64,000 nt of DNA from an uncultured Eubacteriales bacterium (GTDB taxonomy: Bacteria; Bacillota; Clostridia; Oscillospirales; CAG-272). Every line of letters starts with the position of its first letter. The stretch's first letter is position 1. Location: assembly GCA_900545935.1 (NCBI GenBank), contig URAP01000006.1:2669-66668 (forward strand), read 5' to 3'. Positions 18,886-28,384 of the stretch are shown piece by piece. The notes under the pieces are model-generated. The model did not search any database, was not told the DNA's origin, and saw only the letters and a program-made list of their open reading frames with translations. The position numbers and the translations under genes were made by a program.

Positions 18886-19953
18886 ATGAGAAAGACACGT
18901 ATTCTCAGCGTATTGCTCGCAACGATGCTCGTTGCACTCCCGCTTGCAAGCTGCGGCACACAGACCGAAGGTGGTAATGGAGATTCTTCAACAACGAAGG
19001 ATAAAACAATTGCCGTAGTTGCTAAGGGCGAGTCACATGCATTTTGGCAGTCGGTAAAGAAGGGCGCAGAGGACGCGGCATCAAAGTACGGATATAAAAT
19101 CACTTTCCGCGGTCCTGCTTCAGAGTCGGCAAAGGATCTTCCCTCGCAGATGGAGATGGTAAGAACGGCATTGTCAAACGGCTGCTCCGCACTCGTTCTC
19201 GGAACGATAGGAGAGGGCTTCAACGACATGCTCGCACAGGCAAAGGACAGCAATATCCCCGTTGTTCAGTTCGACAGCGGTGTATGGCAGGCTGATATCG
19301 ACGCGCTCAACAAGTCGGGCAAGAACCCGATAGTCTCGAGCGTTGCCACGAGCAATCGTCTTGCGGCAGGAGTTGCTGCGGAGCATTTCTTCGCAGAGCT
19401 GAAGGATGAGATAGCTGCATCGACCGACGGATACGTTATCGGTGTTATCCAGCACGACGAAACTCAGACGGGTATCGACCGTGCGGGCGGCTTTATCGAT
19501 AAGTTCACCGAGCTCGCAGACGCAGATGCGACCACTAAGGGCAAGTACACCATCGAAAAGGAAGTTAAGCCCGGTGATGCAGATAACGCTTACAAGACGG
19601 CTCTTGAGGCTCTCTTCGAGAAGAATGCCAAGGCTATCTTCATGTCGAATGAGGGTGTAGTTAAGCAGGTCAGTGATGCTGTAAGCGCAGCAGGAACAAA
19701 GTACGATTCCATCAAGTTCTGCGGCTTCGACGCAGGCTCTAAGCAGATCGAGTGGATGAAGGCATCCTCCGGTCCGAAGCTCATCGGTGCAGTTGCTCAG
19801 GACTCCTATCAGATAGGCTACAATGCCGTCGAGCAGGCTGTATTCGCTATCGAGGGCAAGACCGTTACAGCCGATGTTGGTATTGAGGGTACATGGTGGG
19901 ATTCGACAAATGTCGATGACATGATCGCCTCCAATATCGTTTACGAGGGCTGA
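18886..19953 (+). CDS. Sugar ABC transporter substrate-binding lipoprotein (RbsB-like, type I PBP)
   Basis: ATG at 18886 and lipobox LPLASCG. The TIAVVAKGESHAFWQSVKKGAEDAA motif is typical of ribose-type binding proteins. Confidence 0.85.
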   Translation: MRKTRILSVLLATMLVALPLASCGTQTEGGNGDSSTTKDKTIAVVAKGESHAFWQSVKKGAEDAASKYGYKITFRGPASESAKDLPSQMEMVRTALSNGCSALVLGTIGEGFNDMLAQAKDSNIPVVQFDSGVWQADIDALNKSGKNPIVSSVATSNRLAAGVAAEHFFAELKDEIAASTDGYVIGVIQHDETQTGIDRAGGFIDKFTELADADATTKGKYTIEKEVKPGDADNAYKTALEALFEKNAKAIFMSNEGVVKQVSDAVSAAGTKYDSIKFCGFDAGSKQIEWMKASSGPKLIGAVAQDSYQIGYNAVEQAVFAIEGKTVTADVGIEGTWWDSTNVDDMIASNIVYEG

Positions 19954-20123
19954 TACGTACGCTTGACCGGCGATACTGTTTAGTGAAAATATTTACGGAA
20001 AAAACTGCAGCATATGCTGCGGGCGAATATTGCCGCGCGAACCGTAAACGAAATAAGGCAGATTTATAATATCGGATGCCGCACTGTCTCAAATGCAAGT
20101 GGCAGAGGCATTCCGGTTCCCCT

Positions 20124-20157
20124 CTCCCCGCGCAGATCTGCGCGGGGAGCTTTTTTT
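20124..20157 (+). terminator. Terminator of the sugar ABC operon
   Basis: CTCCCCGCGCAG/CTGCGCGGGGAG followed by T7. Confidence 0.8.
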
Positions 20158-20293
20158 GCTCGAGAGGCGCTGTGAGTGTGCAGAGTATCCGACGGCAGTA
20201 AGCGCGTTGCTTTAGCGTTGAGGCTAAGAATCTGCCATGGTGGATGGTATTTGGAATATATGGTCGGTTTGTGTGGTTTACGACCGATTTTGC

Positions 20294-20322
20294 TTGACTT
20301 TTATGAACAAAAATATTATAAT
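20294..20322 (+). promoter_or_regulatory. Promoter of the NSS transporter gene
   Basis: TTGACT, a 17-nt spacer, then TATAAT. Confidence 0.6.
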
Positions 20323-20435
20323 GTATTATACTGCGCCGAAAGAAACGGCGCGCATGGGCTGCGCATAGCTGCGGATGTATCGTAGGCGGCATTGCAGTCC
20401 GTTTTATCTGGTATATTATTCTCGGAGGATATTTA

Positions 20436-21800
20436 ATGAAAAGGGCAAGAGAATCGTTCGGCTCACGACTCGGCTTTCTTTTAGTCAGTGCAGGCTGTGC
20501 CATCGGCATAGGAAACGTATGGAGATTTCCGTTTGTCGTAGGACAGAACGGCGGCGGAATATTCGTACTCATCTATCTTATCATGCTCGTAATAATGGGA
20601 CTGCCGGTGCTCTCGATGGAGCTTGCGGTGGGCAGAGCAAGCAAAAAGAGCGCGGTGCTTGCGTATAAAACGCTCGAAAAGCCGGGTACCAAATGGCATA
20701 TTCACGGATGGTTTGCCATAGTCGGCTGCTACCTGCTCATGATGTACTATACGACGGTCTCCGGTTGGATGCTCAATTATTTCTTTAAGTTTGCGATCGG
20801 TACCTTTACCCGCGGCATGGATACCGAGGCATGCGGCAGCGTTTTCTCTGATATGCTTGCCTCTCCCGGCGAAATGGGACTATGGATGGCAATTACGGTC
20901 GTAGCGGGCATATTCATTTGCAGCATAGGCGTGCAGAAGGGACTTGAACGTATCAGCAAGGTAATGATGAGTGCCCTGCTCGTGCTTATTATCGTGCTTG
21001 CGGTGCACAGCTTTACGCTTTCCGGCGCGGGCGAGGGAATTCGCTTCTATCTTGTGCCGAATCTTGATAATGTCCGTTCGGTAGGCCTCGGAAATGTTAT
21101 AGTAGCGGCTATGAATCAGGCATTCTTCACGCTCAGCCTCGGCATTGCGGCTATGGAGATATTCGGCAGCTATATGAGCCGCGAGAGCACGCTGCTCGGA
21201 GAGGGTGCGTGCATCTGTGCGCTCGATACCTTCGTTGCGGTCGCTTCCGGACTCATTATTTTTCCCGCATGCTTCAGCTACGGGGTAGAGGTCACGCAGG
21301 GACCGAGCCTTATTTTCGTCACCCTGCCGAATGTGTTTGTCAATATGTCCGGCGGGCGTATATGGGGCAGCCTTTTCTTCCTCTTTATGACCTTTGCGTC
21401 TTTCTCTACGGTCATTGCCGTATTCGAGAACATCATGTCCTCCTGCATGGACAATTTCGGTTGGAGCCGCAAAAAGGCTGCGGTCATCAACGGCATTATC
21501 ATTCTGATAGCGAGCATTCCGTGCGTGCTCGGATACAATGTGCTCAGCGGCTTCCATCCTATCGGAGGCAGAGACATACTCGACAGTGAGGACTTTCTCG
21601 TCAGCAATATTCTTCTTCCGCTCGGCTCGCTCATCTACCTGTTGTTCTGTGTAACTAAGTGGGGCTGGGGCTTCAAGAATTATCAGGAGGAGGCGAATAT
21701 CGGTAAGGGTATCAAGGTCGCCTCGTGGATGAAGTGGTACTTCATGATAGTTATTCCGATACTGATAATCGTTATCTTTATTATCGGACTCATCGGCTGA
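20436..21800 (+). CDS. Sodium-dependent transporter, neurotransmitter:sodium symporter (SNF/NSS) family
   Basis: N-terminal SRLGFLLVSAGCAIGIGNVWRFPF signature and about 11-12 TM helices. Confidence 0.9.
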   Translation: MKRARESFGSRLGFLLVSAGCAIGIGNVWRFPFVVGQNGGGIFVLIYLIMLVIMGLPVLSMELAVGRASKKSAVLAYKTLEKPGTKWHIHGWFAIVGCYLLMMYYTTVSGWMLNYFFKFAIGTFTRGMDTEACGSVFSDMLASPGEMGLWMAITVVAGIFICSIGVQKGLERISKVMMSALLVLIIVLAVHSFTLSGAGEGIRFYLVPNLDNVRSVGLGNVIVAAMNQAFFTLSLGIAAMEIFGSYMSRESTLLGEGACICALDTFVAVASGLIIFPACFSYGVEVTQGPSLIFVTLPNVFVNMSGGRIWGSLFFLFMTFASFSTVIAVFENIMSSCMDNFGWSRKKAAVINGIIILIASIPCVLGYNVLSGFHPIGGRDILDSEDFLVSNILLPLGSLIYLLFCVTKWGWGFKNYQEEANIGKGIKVASWMKWYFMIVIPILIIVIFIIGLIG

Positions 21801-21840
21801 GCTTACCGCTGCATGGCTGCGGCGGACAAAAATCAAGAAC

Positions 21841-21891
21841 AAAAGGCGGCATCCGCTGCGTCATGAGACGTGCGGATGCCGTGGTTTTTTG
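21841..21891. terminator. Bidirectional terminator between the NSS gene and the EamA gene
   Basis: GGCATCCGC-15 nt-GCGGATGCC, flanked by an A-run and a T-run. Confidence 0.65.
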
Positions 21892-21937
21892 TTGTGCTGA
21901 TATGCTGCTTTTGTCGATGGCAGGCTTCTCCCCGAAG

Positions 21938-22840
21938 TCAAGCCGGTATCTCTTTCGCAGTGCTCTTATGCGAGAGGCGGATGTTGAGCAGCACGATAGC
22001 GGAGAGTATCAGTGCTATGCCGATGAGCTTTGCGGGGTTAACGCTCTCGTGAAAGACGAATATGCCGACAAGACAGCCTACTAGCGGCTCGACTGCTACG
22101 AGTACACCGGCGACCGATGCGTCGGTATGACCGAGACCGATGGTGTAGAAGAGATACGGCAGCAGACCGTTAAACAGCGCAAGACCTATTTCCATGGGAA
22201 TAACGACCGGGTTCGATGCTGTTTTTTCGATAATGGCGATCGGATTTGTCATGAACAGAAAACCGATCGTTCCGAGCAGAAAGGTGTAAAATGTTACGGT
22301 GAGCGAGCTGTATTTGCGCAGCGCGTAAACGCCGAAGATGGAATACAGCGAGTAGAACAGCCCCGCGCCGATTCCGATGATCAGGTCGAGCGCTCCGAGG
22401 GCGCTGCTGCCGAGCATTCCCGAGACGAGGGCGACGCCGGAAACCGTCAGCACTATTGCGGCGATTTTCTGCGCCGTTATCCTCTCACGAAAAAGAACTG
22501 CCGAGAACAGCATTACAAAGACCGGCGAGGTGTAGAGCAGCGAGGCGGCGATGCCTGCCTCAACATTGATAACGGTAGTAAAATAGCAGTAGCTGAACAG
22601 TGTGACGCTGATTATTCCGGTGCCGACGAACATCCACATGTCGCGCAGCTGCACGCGCAGCAGCGAGCGGTCGCGTATCAGTATAATAACGAGCAGCATC
22701 AGCGTGCATAGACTTATGCGGATAAATCCGATCTCCTTTGAGTCAAAGCCGTAGTCGGACAGCGCGGAGACAAATATGCTCAGGCATCCCCACAGAGCTC
22801 CCGCGAGGACGAGAAATGCGGTAGACAATTTTTTAGACAA
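21938..22840 (-). CDS. EamA/DMT-family transporter
   Basis: Ten-helix pattern with two EamA-like halves. TTG start with an AAGGAG SD 8 nt upstream. Confidence 0.8.
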   Translation of the reverse strand: MSKKLSTAFLVLAGALWGCLSIFVSALSDYGFDSKEIGFIRISLCTLMLLVIILIRDRSLLRVQLRDMWMFVGTGIISVTLFSYCYFTTVINVEAGIAASLLYTSPVFVMLFSAVLFRERITAQKIAAIVLTVSGVALVSGMLGSSALGALDLIIGIGAGLFYSLYSIFGVYALRKYSSLTVTFYTFLLGTIGFLFMTNPIAIIEKTASNPVVIPMEIGLALFNGLLPYLFYTIGLGHTDASVAGVLVAVEPLVGCLVGIFVFHESVNPAKLIGIALILSAIVLLNIRLSHKSTAKEIPA

Positions 22841-22898
22841 CGGACGGTCTCCTTATGTGTAAATGATCTCGGCACGTCAGACCGTGCAAACAAAAAAT

Positions 22899-22926
22899 AT
22901 TATATCACGCATTTTTCGATTGTCAA
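22899..22926 (-). promoter_or_regulatory. Promoter of the EamA transporter gene
   Basis: On the minus strand: TTGACA, a 16-nt spacer, then TGaTATAAT. Confidence 0.55.
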
Positions 22927-23372
22927 TAATTAAATTATCCGTGCGAATTTTTGCTGCGGAAACGATGTACCGCTGTACTCATACGCGCTGCACCGCCGCA
23001 GTGAAAAATCCGCAGGGTCTTTTGCGATATTGCGATATTGTACGTGTATATGCCGCACTGCCGACTCTGCAGTTTTTGCGTTGCCCATCGAGAAAAGTCC
23101 GCGCCGCACCGGCTGCCGCGATAATAATGTGCGGATAAAATCAGCCGACCCGGCTTGGAAGAGATAAAAAAGATGCAGAAGCGTCGAAAACCGCCTCGTT
23201 GCCGTACAAGCGTACGGCAGAGACGGTTTTCGGAGGTAGAAAAAACGGATAATCATTCCTTCGGAGAAATCCGACAGGATTTCATCAGCTTTCTCTGTAT
23301 TCGTGCTGAATATCAGCTTAATAATTGCTCTTATCCGTTTTTTCGGTCTGCGCTTTCTTAGCCTTCCGAGAC

Positions 23373-24953
23373 TTACTTCTGTTCTATATGCTCTATGGTA
23401 CGCTTAACGCAGTCGGAGATCTTGACCGTGCCGACCTCAAAGATAGAGGTCTCGAGCTTATCGTTATAGCGCTTGCCCCAGTACTCGGGAATGCTCTCGA
23501 GACCGTTTGCCATACCGAGGATAGAGCCTACGGTAGCGCCGTTGCAGTCGGTATCGAAGCCGGTCTGAACAGCAAGGCAGATGGAACGGCTGTAATCACC
23601 GCCGCCGTAGAGCAGACTTGCGGTAACGACCATTGCATTCGAGAGTGTGTGGCACCAGCCGTGCTCGGTGTACTCATCGTACTCGTCGTGGATGAGCTTG
23701 TAAGCCTCCTCCTCGGGCATGCCGTTCTTGTAGTTCTCGAGCACACGCATAACAGCCTCATAGAAGCGTGAGCTGTACGGGATCTGAGCCAGACCGCCGA
23801 GGATGATATCCTCGATATTGTCGGTAACTGCTGCGACCGCAAGTGCTGCGGCAACGAACAGCTCGCCGTAGATACCGTTCTTGACGTGCGAGATGCATGC
23901 ATCGCGGTATGCCATCTCCGCAGCCTTTTCGGGGTCGCCGGGGTTGATGTAGCCGAAATAGTCGCCTCTTATCTGCGCGCCGATCCACTCGCGGAACGGA
24001 TTCTTATAGATAGCGGACTCGGGCGGCAGGAAGCCTGCAACGAAGTTATGATACGCTACGCGCTCCGCGGTGCAGTACATGCACTTGCCCTGGCTGTCGA
24101 GCCAAAGCCATGAAACATCGCGGGAGCAGAAATCTCTCGAGTACTTGTCTATCAGACGCTGACCGAGAACAACATAGTTCAGATCGTCGTCGCAGATCAT
24201 ATAGTCGAGGGCATCGGCGTAGAAGCGCTGTGAAAAGGGATACTCGTACTTTTTGCATATCTCGTCGTTGATATCTGACTTGTAGATATAGCGCTTCATG
24301 GGATAGTTGCCGGTCTCGGTGAGGAACGGGATAAGTTCGTTCGTCTTGATGCCCTCGATGGTCCTTCCGAGCATGCAGCCGCATATTCTGCCCATCCATG
24401 CGCCGTGTATCTTGCTCTCGAGGCGGGACTTGTCTACCGTGCCCTTTACCTCGTGCGGACGGCGGAGCAGCTTTATCTCCTCAAGGTCGGACGGCTCGAT
24501 GTACTTGTAATCGCTGCGCTGCGGGCAGTTCATTACTACGGTGTAGAGAACGTCGCAGAGCTTTTCCTTCATCTTGCCGTGCGGCAGGTTCGAGATGGAC
24601 TGAAAAACGTCCTTGTAGGGCTCGATATCCTTGCCCTCCTCGTATGACTGCATATACTCGGTCATGATGTAGCTCGAGTATGACTCGTATGAGTTAAGAT
24701 TCTCGAGCGGAGGCTCTATCGACTTGACTGTCGAGCCCTCTGAGGTTCTGTTATTGCTGCCGACTACGAGCGAGTCGAGCGAGATGTTGAATTTTTTCGA
24801 CATCTGTATCAGCTTTCCGAGCTCCGGCATCGTCTCGCCGCTCTCCCACTTCTGGACCGACTGCTTGGTTACCTCGAAGAGCGACGCAAACTGCTCCTGA
24901 GACATCTTCAGGCTCGTGCGGAGCTTTGTTATCCGATTATTGATGTTGTTCAT
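23373..24953 (-). CDS. XRE-family HTH domain fused to an ADP-ribosylglycohydrolase-family domain
   Basis: N-terminal LRTSLKMSQEQFASLFEVTKQSVQKWESGETMP (HTH_3). The C-terminal domain has GAWMGRICGCMLGRTIEG and GFDTDCNGATVGSILG, both ARH-family signatures. Confidence 0.8.
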   Translation of the reverse strand: MNNINNRITKLRTSLKMSQEQFASLFEVTKQSVQKWESGETMPELGKLIQMSKKFNISLDSLVVGSNNRTSEGSTVKSIEPPLENLNSYESYSSYIMTEYMQSYEEGKDIEPYKDVFQSISNLPHGKMKEKLCDVLYTVVMNCPQRSDYKYIEPSDLEEIKLLRRPHEVKGTVDKSRLESKIHGAWMGRICGCMLGRTIEGIKTNELIPFLTETGNYPMKRYIYKSDINDEICKKYEYPFSQRFYADALDYMICDDDLNYVVLGQRLIDKYSRDFCSRDVSWLWLDSQGKCMYCTAERVAYHNFVAGFLPPESAIYKNPFREWIGAQIRGDYFGYINPGDPEKAAEMAYRDACISHVKNGIYGELFVAAALAVAAVTDNIEDIILGGLAQIPYSSRFYEAVMRVLENYKNGMPEEEAYKLIHDEYDEYTEHGWCHTLSNAMVVTASLLYGGGDYSRSICLAVQTGFDTDCNGATVGSILGMANGLESIPEYWGKRYNDKLETSIFEVGTVKISDCVKRTIEHIEQK

Positions 24954-25033
24954 TTCTGTCTCCTTGTATCTTTTATATGTGGCTTATATGGTGATGTATC
25001 TGATTTGCCCGGACGGCAGCCGTGCCTGACAGC

Positions 25034-25927
25034 TCAGCCCTCTGCGGCTATTCGTGCCTCGACCTCGGCGAGCGTCGGAATGGAATTCGCCGCGCCCATC
25101 GTTTCGGTCGCCATAGCGGATGCGGCGGAGGCGCAGCGCATTGCCTCAATGGGTGTCTTGCCGCGGCTTATCGCAGCAGCAAAATAACCGGTAAAGGTAT
25201 CGCCCGCACCGGTTGTGTCGACCGGCCTTGCCTCATACGGAGCCTGATCTACCGACACTGTGCCGTCGCGATATATGCTGCCGTGACTGCCGAGCGTGAG
25301 CACGAGTGCGGTGTTCGGGTAGCGCGCCGCAAATGCCTGCGCTATCTTTTCGGGCTGCTGCTCATCGGTCAGCGCCTGACCCTCGCTGCGGTTTACGATG
25401 ACATAGCTGCACAGTCCGACATTTTCGCGGTCAACAGCGCCGTTCATCGGAGACGGGTTCCACAGCACGCGCAGTCCGCGCGCGGATGCTGCCTTGATTA
25501 TGTAAGCGGTGCAGGGGGTCTCGTTCTGCAGTATGCAGAGATCGCCCGCCGAAAAATGACCGAGCACATCGTCTATCTGAGCCTCGTCAAGCAGGGCGTT
25601 TGCACCCGCATAGACTATGATGCAGTTTTCGCCGGAGCTGTCAACCTGTATCATTGCGTGTCCGGTGCGTGCGTCGCACTGTCTCAGATACTCGGTATTC
25701 GCACCGCTCTGCGCGAGCAGCTCGCGCAGCCATTCTCCGTCCTCGCCGATGTTTCCGGCATGGTATATCTCGCCGCCCGCACGCGCGGTCGCTATCGACT
25801 GGTTAAGTCCCTTGCCGCCTGCGTGTGTCGACAGCGCGGCAGCCGAAATCGTCTCGCCGGGCTGAACGATGCGGTCAAGCTCGTAGACATAATCTATATT
25901 ACATGAGCCGAAGTTCAATACTTTCAT
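25034..25927 (-). CDS. rbsK: Ribokinase / PfkB-family carbohydrate kinase
   Basis: GGKGLNQSIA and DTTGAGDTFTGYF motifs; 297 aa. Confidence 0.85.
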   Translation of the reverse strand: MKVLNFGSCNIDYVYELDRIVQPGETISAAALSTHAGGKGLNQSIATARAGGEIYHAGNIGEDGEWLRELLAQSGANTEYLRQCDARTGHAMIQVDSSGENCIIVYAGANALLDEAQIDDVLGHFSAGDLCILQNETPCTAYIIKAASARGLRVLWNPSPMNGAVDRENVGLCSYVIVNRSEGQALTDEQQPEKIAQAFAARYPNTALVLTLGSHGSIYRDGTVSVDQAPYEARPVDTTGAGDTFTGYFAAAISRGKTPIEAMRCASAASAMATETMGAANSIPTLAEVEARIAAEG

Positions 25928-25951
25928 TCTGTTTATAATCCTCCCATATGA

Positions 25952-25980
25952 ATTATAGTCTCAAATAATGAACACTTCAA
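25952..25980 (-). promoter_or_regulatory. Candidate promoter of the rbsK / HTH-ARH operon
   Basis: On the minus strand: TTGAAG, a 17-nt spacer, then TATAAT. The predicted transcription start lies very close to the SD. Confidence 0.4.
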
Positions 25981-26103
25981 CCACCTGTCGATTGACTTTT
26001 TGACAACCGCAGGTTGACCGCCTTTGCGTGCAATGAATTTCAATGCAGAATATTCGGCAGGATCCGCCGTTTTTTATTTTCGGCACGGATTTTGCTTCGG
26101 CTA

Positions 26104-26132
26104 TTGACAGAATCGGCGCGGCATGGTATAAT
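26104..26132 (+). promoter_or_regulatory. Promoter of the pyr operon
   Basis: TTGACA (26104-26109), a 17-nt spacer, then TGgTATAAT (26125-26132). Confidence 0.7.
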
Positions 26133-26140
26133 AAGCGCGT

Positions 26141-26180
26141 ACTTTAAATTGGTCCGGCGAGGCCATCAAGGACAGCAAAT
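26141..26180 (+). promoter_or_regulatory. PyrR-type binding loop / anti-antiterminator of the pyr leader
   Basis: UUUAAAUUGGUCCGGCGAGGCCAUCAAGGACAGC resembles the remembered B. subtilis PyrR site core (GUCCAGAGAGGCU...AAGGA). Nt 26163-26176 can instead pair with the 5' half of the terminator (26245-26258; 12 Watson-Crick pairs, one G-U, one mismatch). Confidence 0.55.
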
Positions 26181-26243
26181 GCGAATATCGGCATCTGCGC
26201 GGCTGCGGCTGTGCGGGAATTGTCATTATGCTATCGTTTTTTG

Positions 26244-26271
26244 TGCTGCTCTTGATGGGGCAGCATTTTTT
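26244..26271 (+). terminator. Attenuator terminator in the pyr leader
   Basis: 8-bp stem (TGCTGCTC/GGGGCAGCA), 6-nt loop and a T6 run, 55 nt upstream of pyrC. Confidence 0.65.
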
Positions 26272-26326
26272 GTATCCGCGCTTGAACGCAACACCGATCC
26301 GCCCTTTGAATCATCGGAGGTAAACC

Positions 26327-27595
26327 ATGCCCTACACAGCTAACGCAGCAGGAATAAACACCGCGCCGGAGCAGCACGTCGTCTCCGACCGTTCTGCGGA
26401 TAATTGTTTCTTTTCGCGCGAGAAGATTTCGGAGCTTATTTCCGACAGAGATAATATTGTTATTTTACCCGGCTTTGTTGATGTACATGTACATCTTCGT
26501 GAGCCGGGCTTTTCTTACAAGGAGACGATATATTCCGGCAGCCGCGCATGCGCGCACGGAGGCTACACTGCCGTCTGTGCCATGCCGAATCTCTCGCCCG
26601 TGCCGGACAGCCTGCCGCATCTGCGCAAGGAGCTGGATATAATCGAGCGCGACGCAGCGATCCGTGTGCTTCCGTACGGCGCGATAACGCGCGGCGAGGC
26701 GGGCGGCGAGCTGTCGGATATGGATGAGCTTGCGCCGTATGTTGTCGCGTTCTCGGACGACGGACGCGGCGTGCAGGCCGACGGTATCATGCGTGAGGCA
26801 ATGCTTCATGCGGCGTCGCTCGGAAAGCTGATAGTTGCGCACTGCGAGGACAATTCGCTGCTGCGCGGCGGATACATTCACGACGGCGAGTATGCCCGCG
26901 CGCACGGACATCGCGGCATCTGCTCGGAATCCGAATGGAGGCAGATAGAACGCGATCTCGGACTTGTTCGCGAGACGGGCTGCGGCTACCATGTCTGCCA
27001 CATTTCGACCGCCGAGAGCGTCCGACTGATACGTGAGGCAAAGCGCGAGGGGCTGAATGTCACGGCGGAGACCGCACCGCATTATCTGCTGCTCGACGAG
27101 CGGGATATGCAGGAGGACGGACGCTTCAAGATGAATCCGCCGCTCCGCTCACCCGCAGACCGCGAGGCACTGCTCGAGGGCATTGCGGACGGCACGATAG
27201 ATATGATAGCGACCGACCACGCGCCGCACGCAGCGGAGGAGAAGAGCCGCGGACTTGAGCGCAGCGCAATGGGAATAGTAGGCATAGAAACTGCATTTCC
27301 GCTGATGTATACTTATCTGCTCGGCGAGGGCATAATTACAATGGAGCGGCTGCTCGAGCTGCTGCATACCGCGCCCTGCCGCCGCTTCGGCATCGATACC
27401 GGCGACGACTTTACCGTGTTCGATCTCGGCGCGGAGTATACGGTCGACCCCGAGAGCTTTATATCAAAGGGACACAGCACGCCGTTTGCGGGCAGGAGCG
27501 TAAAGGGACGCTGCCTTTGCACGGTATCGGGCGGCAGGACGGCTTACCTTGACGAGGGCTTTTCCGAGCTGCTCGGAAACGTAAGAGCGCAGTGA
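26327..27595 (+). CDS. pyrC: Dihydroorotase
   Basis: PGFVDVHVHLREPG metal-binding motif and a GGAGG SD at 26313-26317. Confidence 0.9.
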   Translation: MPYTANAAGINTAPEQHVVSDRSADNCFFSREKISELISDRDNIVILPGFVDVHVHLREPGFSYKETIYSGSRACAHGGYTAVCAMPNLSPVPDSLPHLRKELDIIERDAAIRVLPYGAITRGEAGGELSDMDELAPYVVAFSDDGRGVQADGIMREAMLHAASLGKLIVAHCEDNSLLRGGYIHDGEYARAHGHRGICSESEWRQIERDLGLVRETGCGYHVCHISTAESVRLIREAKREGLNVTAETAPHYLLLDERDMQEDGRFKMNPPLRSPADREALLEGIADGTIDMIATDHAPHAAEEKSRGLERSAMGIVGIETAFPLMYTYLLGEGIITMERLLELLHTAPCRRFGIDTGDDFTVFDLGAEYTVDPESFISKGHSTPFAGRSVKGRCLCTVSGGRTAYLDEGFSELLGNVRAQ

Positions 27596-27646
27596 GATCG
27601 GCGCAGCCCGGAAAATGAACAAGAACAGACGAGAGTGGATGGAAAT

Positions 27647-28384
27647 ATGAAAAAGGGAATATTCGAGATAACCGAAAATACAGCCGTAGCGCCGGATGTT
27701 ATGCGAATGCGCCTCGGCGGCGACTGCTCGGCGATAACGCGCCCGGGGCAGTTTGTGAACATCGCGCTGGACGGGCTGTATCTGCGCCGACCGATATCGG
27801 TGTGTGACTGCTGCGGCGATGAGCTTACGATAATATACAAGGTGGTCGGACACGGCACGGCTCAGATGAGCCGTATGGCACCGGGTGAGCGGCTCGACAT
27901 ACTCAGCGGACTCGGCAACGGCTATGACCTTTCGCTCTCGGGCGAGCGACCGCTGCTGCTCGGCGGCGGTGTCGGAGTGCCACCGCTGTACTGGCTTGCG
28001 CGCCGCCTCTGCGAGGAGGGACGGCACGTCACCGCGGTGCTCGGCTTTAACCGTGCGGACGAGATATTCTACGAGCGCGAGCTGCGCGAGCTCGGCGCGG
28101 AGGTCATTGTGACGACGGTCGACGGCTCGTACGGCGTGCGCGGCTTTGTCACCGATGCGATGGGGTCGCTCGACTATACCTACTTTTATACCTGCGGACC
28201 AGAGCCGATGCTGCGCGCGGTATACGGCGCGGCAAGGACGGAGGGCGAGCTCAGCTTTGAGCGGCGGATGGGCTGCGGCTTCGGCGCATGCATGGGCTGC
28301 TCGTGTAAGACGATAACGGGAAACAAGCGCATCTGCCGCGAGGGACCCGTCATGAAACGGAGTGATATCATATGGGAAGGCTGA
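27647..28384 (+). CDS. pyrK: Dihydroorotate dehydrogenase electron-transfer subunit (FAD/2Fe-2S)
   Basis: ATG at 27647. C-terminal CGFGACMGCSC...C cluster motif. Confidence 0.9.
   Translation: MKKGIFEITENTAVAPDVMRMRLGGDCSAITRPGQFVNIALDGLYLRRPISVCDCCGDELTIIYKVVGHGTAQMSRMAPGERLDILSGLGNGYDLSLSGERPLLLGGGVGVPPLYWLARRLCEEGRHVTAVLGFNRADEIFYERELRELGAEVIVTTVDGSYGVRGFVTDAMGSLDYTYFYTCGPEPMLRAVYGAARTEGELSFERRMGCGFGACMGCSCKTITGNKRICREGPVMKRSDIIWEG

Noticed and set aside
22863-23256. The 91-aa and 108-aa ORFs in the spacer between the EamA and HTH-ARH genes.
   Set aside because: They have no SD, an unremarkable Arg/Cys-rich composition, and they overlap each other on opposite strands. I treat the region as non-coding.
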